Part shown: positions 56,880 through 64,000 of the stretch, one piece after another
Position numbering within the stretch: position 1 is the stretch's first letter
Layout: the number at the start of each line of letters is the position of its first letter
Source: an uncultured Acidobacteriaceae bacterium
GTDB lineage: Bacteria > Acidobacteriota > Terriglobia > Terriglobales > Acidobacteriaceae
Length of the DNA: 64,000 nucleotides
Direction of reading: 5' to 3'
Assembly: GCA_963782085.1 (NCBI GenBank)
Contig: CAWAIL010000024.1
Location: 42,480 to 106,479, forward strand
Notes under the pieces: generated by a model
The model's input: only the letters and a program-made list of their open reading frames with translations
Told to the model about the DNA's origin: nothing
Databases searched by the model: none
Made by a program: the position numbers and the translations under genes

Positions 56880-57365
56880 ATGGATGAAAAACGCAAACTG
56901 GACGAAAAACGCGAACTCCTTCGCCATACTCTTGCTACCCTTGCCTATCGCACAACGCGCGCCCTCGAAAATGCTCCTCTTCACTTTGCTGATTTTGATG
57001 GGGCTGGCCGCAAGCCGGTGCAGATTCTGGCCCACATGGGCGATCTGCTTGTCTGGTCGCTCTCGATCGCTCTGGGGAGTCCCACCTGGCACAGCACGCA
57101 GCCGCTGGAGTGGAACCAGGAAGAGCAGCGGTTCTATCGTTCTCTGGCTTCCTTCGATGCCTTCCTTGCGTCGAAGTCCACCCTTCACGCGCCGATCGAG
57201 CGACTGTTGCAGGGCCCTATCGCCGACGCACTCACGCATGTAGGCCAGCTCGCCATGCTGCGTCGAATGGCTGGCAAACCCGTGCGCGGCGAGGACTTCT
57301 ACCAGGCGGCCGTCACCATCGGCCAAGTGGGATCGGTTCAGCCTGCACCCGTGAAATCCTTCTGA
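56880..57365 (+). CDS. DinB-like four-helix protein
   Basis: ILAHMGD, DALTHVGQLAMLRR. Confidence 0.75.
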   Translation: MDEKRKLDEKRELLRHTLATLAYRTTRALENAPLHFADFDGAGRKPVQILAHMGDLLVWSLSIALGSPTWHSTQPLEWNQEEQRFYRSLASFDAFLASKSTLHAPIERLLQGPIADALTHVGQLAMLRRMAGKPVRGEDFYQAAVTIGQVGSVQPAPVKSF

Positions 57366-57373
57366 AACTCGTA

Positions 57374-57422
57374 GTAGCGCCGACCTCCAGGTCGGCTATC
57401 GTGCGGGCGTCCACGCCCGCAC
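57374..57422 (+). repeat. 49-bp GTAG double-hairpin REP
   Basis: GTAGCGCCGACCTCCAGGTCGGCTATCGTGCGGGCGTCCACGCCCGCAC. Confidence 0.85.
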
Positions 57423-57432
57423 TGGTGCTTTG

Positions 57433-57655
57433 CTATTTTCTCGGCTCATACCGCATCGCTACCGCGCCCGAGCCGAACTCGTTCCGGCTGACGAGCCTCA
57501 AGTTTAGCGGCTTCGAGAGCCCTGCAAACAACGTTGGCCCGTGACTCGCCAGCCTGGGCTGCACCATGAACTCGTACTCATCGATCAATCCCGGCTCCGC
57601 CAACGCGAGCGGAAGCATGACGCCTCCCACGAGCAGTCCCTTACCCGTCTCCCGC
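57433..57655 (-). pseudogene. C-terminal remnant of a RibD-C/dihydrofolate reductase family gene
   Basis: GKGLLVGG...GLIDEYEF.VQP..HGPTLF...FGSGAVAMRY; N-terminal portion absent. Confidence 0.7.
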
Positions 57656-57991
57656 ACCCGTCCAGGGTGATGTTGATCGAATACCGGAGCGGTCGCATCT
57701 TGCAAGAGTACCGCCGAAGCGGCAGGCGAGCAACGCCGTCCGATTCAGGTCCACGAGTAGTTCAGGCAATCCGTGCCGAATGCGGTTTGACAGCCGCCAG
57801 GGCATCTCCGCCTGGAACGATTGCTCCATGACGTGCCGCTGGCTTTCCTTTGTTTGAGAGCTTGTGAAGCGCGTTCGATTGGCATAGTGGCTCTTTTTAC
57901 GCTGAATTCCCCTGTGGAAAACATGTAAATTGTACAATCAACCGTTGACTTTAAAGGGAATACTCTGTCATAAATTGTTGATAAATATTAG

Positions 57992-58020
57992 AAACACGAT
58001 TTTACTTGACAATCGTGTTT
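57992..58020. promoter_or_regulatory. 10-9-10 inverted repeat overlapping a TTGACA box upstream of the TonB-like gene
   Basis: AAACACGATT-ttacttgac-AATCGTGTTT in an AT-rich intergenic region. Confidence 0.55.
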
Positions 58021-58070
58021 TATGAGGATAAAAATAATAACGGTTACTCTATCTCAATTGGAGGTTTTAT

Positions 58071-58463
58071 ATGCGCCGTATTTTGGCTACCAGTGTTCTT
58101 CTCCCCTCGCTGTTCCTCCCCGCAGCCGCGAACGCCAGCAAGCCTGTGGACGACGCTTCTGCCCCAACCCCCAAAGTTCGTGTGAGTACCGGTGTCATTG
58201 CGCCAGTGCTTCTGGGTTCCGAACACCTCTCCATCCCCGTCACTGCAAACGAACTCCCCATTCCCGCGGATGCCGAAGTCGGATTGACCCTCACTGTCGA
58301 TGAAAACGGTCGCCCGGAAGACGTTAAGGTCGTCAAGACGCTCACCCCGCTTTGGGATGCGCGCGTCGTTGACGCCGTTAGCCGTGCTCACTTCAAGCCC
58401 GGCACCATCAGCAACCAGCCCACACCCATTGAACTCAACCTGACAGTCGACATCGCCCACTAA
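58071..58463 (+). CDS. Small secreted TonB C-terminal domain protein
   Basis: Signal peptide; STGVIAP, LTVDENGRPEDVKVV, DARVVDAV..HFKPG; GGAGG RBS. Confidence 0.85.
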   Translation: MRRILATSVLLPSLFLPAAANASKPVDDASAPTPKVRVSTGVIAPVLLGSEHLSIPVTANELPIPADAEVGLTLTVDENGRPEDVKVVKTLTPLWDARVVDAVSRAHFKPGTISNQPTPIELNLTVDIAH

Positions 58464-58492
58464 ACCCCACCTCTCATGAGCCAACGGAAATT

Positions 58493-58541
58493 GTAGCGCC
58501 GGTCTCCTGACCGGCTGTCCTGAGGGCCTCCAGGCCCTCAG
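58493..58541 (+). repeat. 49-bp GTAG double-hairpin REP
   Basis: GTAGCGCCGGTCTCCTGACCGGCTGTCCTGAGGGCCTCCAGGCCCTCAG. Confidence 0.85.
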
Positions 58542-58617
58542 GTGCTTTGCCAAATCCTGGTTTGCTATTCCCCGAAAATTCAAAGCAGCATTCGTGCCGA
58601 ATCTCCGAAGCCAGCCA

Positions 58618-60258
58618 CTACTCGTCCGTCATCTGAAAATTCCGCGGGTTCGGCGGACTCGCAGTCCCGGCCTCGGCGCATTTCCGGTAAGCGTGGCCCT
58701 CGAGGCAATAGCTCGTTGAACTCCAGTGATCCAGCTGTCCGCCTTTGTCGTCGTTGAGATACGTCACCACATCCGAGAAATAGGTCACCTTCTTCCAATC
58801 CGGCGCGATGGACAGATCTCCGTCGCTCGCCTGGCCTTCGTAGCCGGAGTACTCGTCGCTGATATCGAGCGCGCTGCCGATCTCGCCCTTGGGAGAAATG
58901 GAATAGATGTGAAAATCCATCACCGGGCAGGCGCCGCATGCACCCGAGCCAAAGGGGCTCTGCGTGCTCATGTCAGGGCCTGAGCGCACCAGCATCCATC
59001 CATCGGGCAACGTCTTCGTTTCAAAGTGCTCCTTCGCGATGTAGAAGTTAGATCTGGTCTTGAAACCGCTATTTTCATACTCGAGTTTCGGTCCGCAAAC
59101 CGCCGAGCCATCAGCCTGGATCTTCCAGAAATGTTCTGTCGCTTTGAAGATGGGCGACACGCCGGCTGGATCGTACATGTAGCCGCCCGCTGGATTCTCG
59201 ATATCGTAAACGGTGCTCAAGTAAAGCGGACCTTTGCCGGCAAGCGGAAAATACCATGAGTGGTGTGGTTCGCCGTACATGTCTTCTTCCACTGGATTGG
59301 CACCGCAGGGAGTGATTTCGTGGCGGCGCGGTGCATCGAGCACAAGATGATTAAAACTGGATGGCTCGCCCCACACTCGTTTCGCTGAAGTGGTCGAGAT
59401 GGCTCCCATCTTCCTGCCGTCGGGCGCCGCGCTGAAAACATCCACCATCAGATACAAATCGCGGAGCCTCAATAGCTCCGCCGGAGGAAACGCAGTGAAG
59501 GGAATAGAGAAGTGAAAACTGTAGCCGGTGATTAGGTTTCTGTTTTCTTTCACGCCATTTGCGTTGGTTTCCGTTATCTGCTTGCCGTAGTCGGTGTTGA
59601 ATTCTGAACGAACTCCATCGGACTGCGGTTTGAGCGGCTGGGGCAGGTCATCTTTAAAGAGCGACGCATCAAGGCTCGACCAGGCCGTCGAGGCAAAATC
59701 CTCGAAGAGTGATTTGCTGGGCAGCGTGGGATTCCCGGCATCATCGCTCGCGGCCAGCCACTGCCGGGTAAACAGCCGCTCCAACTGTTTGCGGTAGTCG
59801 ACCTGCTGGTTGTACCAGCGCTCGCAGTCCTTGGTCTTGGGAACGCGCGGATCGCCCGGACCGCCGCCATTTTCGACCGGCGCGCAGTCGGCTGCGCTCT
59901 TCAGATCAATCTCGCCGAACTGGTTCCCATAGCCGATTGGCGGCATCTCCACGTCCGGCGCAGCGCTGAGCCAGACTTCGACATGATCACTCGCCAGCAT
60001 CTCTGATTTCTGTTTCGGCCAGCGGAGATCGTTGTCCGGGACCTGAACCTGCCCCCAGATATCGAGGCCCTGGTCGGAACTGCGTACCCAGATCTTGCCG
60101 GGGTGAGCGCCTGGAGCTTTTTGAATCAATTCCATCGTTGCCGGCAGCGCGTGAATGTCGCCTTGCGGCAAGCCGGAGTGAATGGCAATGACCGGCGTGG
60201 TTTGCGCGGATAAAAGCAGCGGCGCAAGAACTAGAACGAATGCGAGGGATCTGCGCAT
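58618..60258 (-). CDS. Secreted hypothetical protein
   Basis: Signal peptide MRRSLAFVLVLAPLLLSA; intact ORF; DHVEVWL and GACGACP motifs. Confidence 0.75.
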   Translation of the reverse strand: MRRSLAFVLVLAPLLLSAQTTPVIAIHSGLPQGDIHALPATMELIQKAPGAHPGKIWVRSSDQGLDIWGQVQVPDNDLRWPKQKSEMLASDHVEVWLSAAPDVEMPPIGYGNQFGEIDLKSAADCAPVENGGGPGDPRVPKTKDCERWYNQQVDYRKQLERLFTRQWLAASDDAGNPTLPSKSLFEDFASTAWSSLDASLFKDDLPQPLKPQSDGVRSEFNTDYGKQITETNANGVKENRNLITGYSFHFSIPFTAFPPAELLRLRDLYLMVDVFSAAPDGRKMGAISTTSAKRVWGEPSSFNHLVLDAPRRHEITPCGANPVEEDMYGEPHHSWYFPLAGKGPLYLSTVYDIENPAGGYMYDPAGVSPIFKATEHFWKIQADGSAVCGPKLEYENSGFKTRSNFYIAKEHFETKTLPDGWMLVRSGPDMSTQSPFGSGACGACPVMDFHIYSISPKGEIGSALDISDEYSGYEGQASDGDLSIAPDWKKVTYFSDVVTYLNDDKGGQLDHWSSTSYCLEGHAYRKCAEAGTASPPNPRNFQMTDE

Positions 60259-60522
60259 AAAGCCCCTTTCACGAAACTTGCCGGCGCGCGGCAGCGGCCG
60301 GCTGTTCTGTAGAGTGCAGGTACAGCGCCGAAAAACCGGCACACAAAGCAAAACACTTGTGAGAGGGCGATCGATTCAGAGCGTGTTGGATGTGACACGG
60401 GAGTGTCCGCGTTGACACGCAGGATGATCAGCTGCGGAGCGAGTCGAGGACGACATCCCGAACGGCCGCCGCCGAGAATTCGATCGCTTTTCGCCCGCTC
60501 TTCAGACTTACGTCGTGCAAAC

Positions 60523-63231
60523 CTAAAGAGCGGTCAATTGAATGGAAGCCGATCCGAGACCCGGCGATTCCGCTCGCACCACGATGGACCCTTTTTGCCC
60601 TAGCGGCTGCACAATGGCGAGACACTTCCCGTGATAGGTCATTGGTCGTCGTGATCTGAAGCTGGCGACATCTTTAGGGTTTGCAGTCCCGGCCGCCGCC
60701 AGCCGTCCAGCACCGCTCACAGACAGGGCCACGGAGACGGCTGCATCGGGAACCACATTCCCCGATTGGTCCAGGACCTCGACTTTGACGAAGGAGAGAT
60801 CGTTCGGATCACGTCTTATGGTCGACCGATCTGCCCGCATCCCAAGCTTTGCCGGTTTCCCTGCTGTCTTATATGCAATTTGCCCGATTTCCCTTCCGCC
60901 CTCCAAAGCAATCGCACGAATCTCACCAGGACTATACGGGACTTCAAATTCGGCCCTCAATTCCGTCTCTCGTGAAATCGCTTTCGAGCCGATCTCTTTG
61001 CCATTCAGTATCAGTCGGACCTGATCTCCTGAAGAGGCCACGCGGACCTTTACCGTTCTTCCTTCGAAACCAGGCCACGTCCAGCTCCGCAACTCATCTG
61101 ACCAACCCCAGGCGCTTATGATTTCAGTCCTTCCAACAGGGACAGGTCTCTGGACTGCCATCTCGAGTTTGCTCGTGCCCCACAGAACACGACGATAGAA
61201 TCCCTGCGGCTTGGTTTCGCCGATCAAATCAATGTCGCCGCAATACGAGTTGAACCAGGGAAATGGCAAGCGGATCGAGGAACCGTTGATGAAGAATGCT
61301 GCTGCGCTGCTTGGGGCGGGAACAGCCGGAGTCGCCTGGGATGGCGGAGTGGAAGAAGGCGGAGTACCTCCGGAAGCTGCCGCTGCTTGCGCTTGCTGGG
61401 TTGCAACGGCTCCTGAATTTGCTGGCGGCGGGCCGCCTTGACGCGGACTATCGAGCTGCGCGTTCCCAATTGCCGATTCGCCCAGGTAATCCATCCCAGT
61501 CCAGACGAAGTCCCCGATCACATAGGGAAACTTTTCCACGGCTTCCCAATTCTGAAAAGCCAGTCTTGGGAAAGATTCAGTTCCGACAATCACGCGGCTT
61601 GGAAATCGCCCATGAGCTTCTTCATAGCTGTTCACCAGGTAGTTGTAGCCCGCCACGTCGAGGTATTGAAAAGCCGGGTCGATTGAGTCTCCCCGGGAAT
61701 TGTTGATGGCAGCGGTAATGGGTCGAGTCGGATCCAGCTTCTTCGCAAACGCCGAAAGTTCTCTCGCAATCTCAATCCCGCGAGGCTTCAAACGCTCGGG
61801 GATTTCGTTGCCCAGGCTCCACAGGATTACGCAAGGATGATTTCGGTCGCGCAGAATCATCGACGACATGTCGCGCTGCCACCACTGCGCAAAGTCCAGG
61901 TGGTAATCGTCCGGGTTCTTTTCCTCTTCCCATTGATCGAAGGCCTCATCCAGCACCAGAATTCCCAGCCGGTCGCATGCGCCAAGGAAAGCTGGAGACG
62001 GAGGATTGTGGCTCGTTCGTATGGCATTGAACCCGTTCGCTTTCATCAATTCCACTCGGCGCTCTTCAGCGCGATCGATGGCGCAAGCACCCAGCAGCCC
62101 ATTATCGTGATGGACACAACCGCCCTTTAACTTGACGGATTGTCCGTTGATGCGAAGCCCATGTTCCGCATCGACTTCAACGCTTCTGATTCCGAATGTC
62201 GTTGCCGCGTGGTCCGCGACAGCCTCGCCCAGGACGAGTTCAGTTTCAGCCCTGTATAGGTGCGGAGTAGCTTGCGACCACAAGTTCGGGTTGCGCACGT
62301 CAATCTGCTGATGAACTTCGGCGATCTCGCCGGCGGCTACCGACTGCTTCGCTTCGTGCGTGCCCACGCTTGCATTGTCCCGATCGAGCAGGCGCGTAAG
62401 GATGATCACCTCTCGCGCCGTCTCCATCCTGTTTTCAACCTTGACTGCAACATCGACTCTTGCCTGTTCCGGACTCACTTCAGGGGAAGTAACGCACACT
62501 CCCCAGATCGGAATTCGAAGTTTTCCCGTCGTGTTGAGCCAGACGTGCCGGTAAATCCCTGAACCCGAATACCAGCGGCTGTTCTTGCCCTCGTTTCGCA
62601 CGCGCACAGCCACGACGTTTTCTCCGTCTCGCCGAAGATGCGGCGTCAAGTCATACGAAAAGGTCGTATACCCATAGGGATGATTCCCGAGCAGGGTCCC
62701 GTTGAGCCACACATCGCTATTCTTGTAGACCCCATCGAAGACGATCTCAACTTGCCCGTCCGATGGCACTGAAGCGGCCGAAAAGTGGCGCCGGTACCAA
62801 CCCGTTCCTCCCACCACCCATCCTGTGTCGCGGCCCCCTTGGCTTAGTTCTGTATCGAAGGGTCCCACCCGAATCGGCGTCACAGAAATTCCCCAAAGCG
62901 CACCTTCGCCGTTTTCCTCTCCTCCGCGATCGGGCAGCTCTTCCACGCTCCAGTCGTGCGGCAAATCCAGCATGCGCCAGCGGCTGTCATCAAATCCCGG
63001 AGCCTCAGCGCCCATTGCATCTCCGCGCAAAAATCGCCATCCCTTATCGAATGCTTGCGCGCGAGTGCCGGCCACAATCGATGACAAAGGACCCGTTGAA
63101 GAGGCATGCTTGTCCTCAGTTTGAGCAGATGATTCTGCAATAGCAGGCGTCACCGCAAAGACGGCCAAAGCCTTCAGCACCTCTCTGCGCCCCACACCCT
63201 TACCTTCGAACTCCCGAGCATTGTCTTCCAT
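60523..63231 (-). CDS. Glycoside hydrolase family 2 (beta-galactosidase-like), Tat-exported
   Basis: GRREVLK Tat-like signal; LPHDWS, GWYRR, SRWYSGSGIYR, GGCVHHD, RTSHNP, WSLGNE, GTES, VWTGMDYLGE. Confidence 0.93.
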   Translation of the reverse strand: MEDNAREFEGKGVGRREVLKALAVFAVTPAIAESSAQTEDKHASSTGPLSSIVAGTRAQAFDKGWRFLRGDAMGAEAPGFDDSRWRMLDLPHDWSVEELPDRGGEENGEGALWGISVTPIRVGPFDTELSQGGRDTGWVVGGTGWYRRHFSAASVPSDGQVEIVFDGVYKNSDVWLNGTLLGNHPYGYTTFSYDLTPHLRRDGENVVAVRVRNEGKNSRWYSGSGIYRHVWLNTTGKLRIPIWGVCVTSPEVSPEQARVDVAVKVENRMETAREVIILTRLLDRDNASVGTHEAKQSVAAGEIAEVHQQIDVRNPNLWSQATPHLYRAETELVLGEAVADHAATTFGIRSVEVDAEHGLRINGQSVKLKGGCVHHDNGLLGACAIDRAEERRVELMKANGFNAIRTSHNPPSPAFLGACDRLGILVLDEAFDQWEEEKNPDDYHLDFAQWWQRDMSSMILRDRNHPCVILWSLGNEIPERLKPRGIEIARELSAFAKKLDPTRPITAAINNSRGDSIDPAFQYLDVAGYNYLVNSYEEAHGRFPSRVIVGTESFPRLAFQNWEAVEKFPYVIGDFVWTGMDYLGESAIGNAQLDSPRQGGPPPANSGAVATQQAQAAAASGGTPPSSTPPSQATPAVPAPSSAAAFFINGSSIRLPFPWFNSYCGDIDLIGETKPQGFYRRVLWGTSKLEMAVQRPVPVGRTEIISAWGWSDELRSWTWPGFEGRTVKVRVASSGDQVRLILNGKEIGSKAISRETELRAEFEVPYSPGEIRAIALEGGREIGQIAYKTAGKPAKLGMRADRSTIRRDPNDLSFVKVEVLDQSGNVVPDAAVSVALSVSGAGRLAAAGTANPKDVASFRSRRPMTYHGKCLAIVQPLGQKGSIVVRAESPGLGSASIQLTAL

Positions 63232-63432
63232 AAATCCCTCGAAATCGTTTTCATTCTTCTGTGCGAGTAAAGTCCCTTCGGCATTCTTCACGGTTCTCTG
63301 CAAGATCTGAGCGCGACGCTTTTATGGTCGCTCGCAATCCGGCCTTCATGTTACAGAGCACTGTCAGTGTCTGTCTCTTGAGGCGGCTGCTGTTCTGAGA
63401 TACCAGTTTACGTTCTCATCCGCCGAGTTGGC

Positions 63433-63592
63433 AGGTGCCCCCGGTCCCTCGCACTTGGGGACCGGGGATGTACGACCCACCTATCACCGCCGACGGATTC
63501 TCGATTGAAGTATCCTCGGGCCCGTGGTCCAGGTCTGGCGCGAAACAAAATTATGGGGTGCCCCAGGTCTCCTTAGAGACCTGGGATAGCAC
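63433..63592 (+). repeat. Two GGTGCCCC-family REP hairpins
   Basis: ggtgcccccggtccctcgcacttggggaccgggga (63434-63468) and ggggtgccccaggtctccttagagacctggga (63555-63586). Confidence 0.8.
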
Positions 63593-63597
63593 AGCCC

Positions 63598-63805
63598 TCA
63601 GCCCAATGATTTCTTAATCTCGAATCCTGCAGGAACTTCGTACCTTCGTCGCGCCGCCGTCCACATCGATTCGATTTCAACCTTGCCGATCTCGCCTGTT
63701 GCATAGTGCCTGAAACTCGACCACGGCCAGTCCTCCTGCTTCGCCACAAGTCCTCGCGTTACGGGATTGCGATGCACGTATCCAGTTTTTCGGTGACCTT
63801 TTCCG
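63598..63805 (-). pseudogene. 3' remnant of a REP-associated tyrosine transposase (RAYT)
   Basis: Manual translation YVHRNPVTRGLVAKQEDWPWSSFRHYATGEIGKVEIESMWT matches the RAYT C-terminus (YIH.NPV..GL....DW.WSS); no HUH-containing part seen upstream. Confidence 0.8.
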
Positions 63806-64000
63806 ACCTGCTACTCCTGCTGACCAAATGCCTCCAGATCTTTCGGACATCTGGCGTCCTGGAGCACAAGGCAGCAAGGCTGCAAATTCAGGATGTCCCA
63901 CAGCGATTCCCTCTGGGATCGATTCAAAGCCGCTTGGGGCTGACGAGGCACCAAATGTGATTGGAACAGATGGGAGCCTCATATCGGAACAGGTATACGA

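Overview
High-GC (~60-65%) bacterial chromosomal window, most consistent with an Acidobacteriaceae/Terriglobia genome (TIGR03435 protein, carboxypeptidase-regulatory-like secreted protein, GGTGCCCC-type REPs). Many GC-rich genes are split by 1-bp indels that look like long-read errors, so I reassembled genes across ORF-track frames. Left to right: (1) the 5' part of a giant signal-peptide-bearing protein with tail-fibre/tailspike motifs, a G-rich repeat, a DUF5681/terminase-small-like gene and an orphan mobile-mystery-protein-A HTH gene between two 108-bp ungapped direct repeats; (2) an S9 peptidase and a large lipoprotein bracketed by two inverted 145-bp elements built from ACCTGCAGGT palindromes; (3) housekeeping genes (VOC-ribH fusion, nusB, FAD/Fe-S oxidoreductase, mnmA plus cysteine desulfurase, rfbD); (4) a methylmalonyl-CoA operon (transcarboxylase-like 12S/X/1.3S, mce, mutA, mutB, meaB); (5) an OmpA gene flanked by REPs next to a RAYT remnant; (6) a myo-inositol cluster iolB-D-A-E-G-transporter; (7) msrPQ, rnhB, rplS, a GH2 gene and a second RAYT remnant. 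The best candidate for an undescribed system is the inositol cluster. It has no iolC kinase or iolJ aldolase in this window, but carries a divergent atypical transaldolase that shares a four-copy LacI-type operator (TGCACACGTGTGCA) with the iol genes. This suggests kinase-free cleavage of 5-dehydro-2-deoxygluconate, which is an inference and untested.
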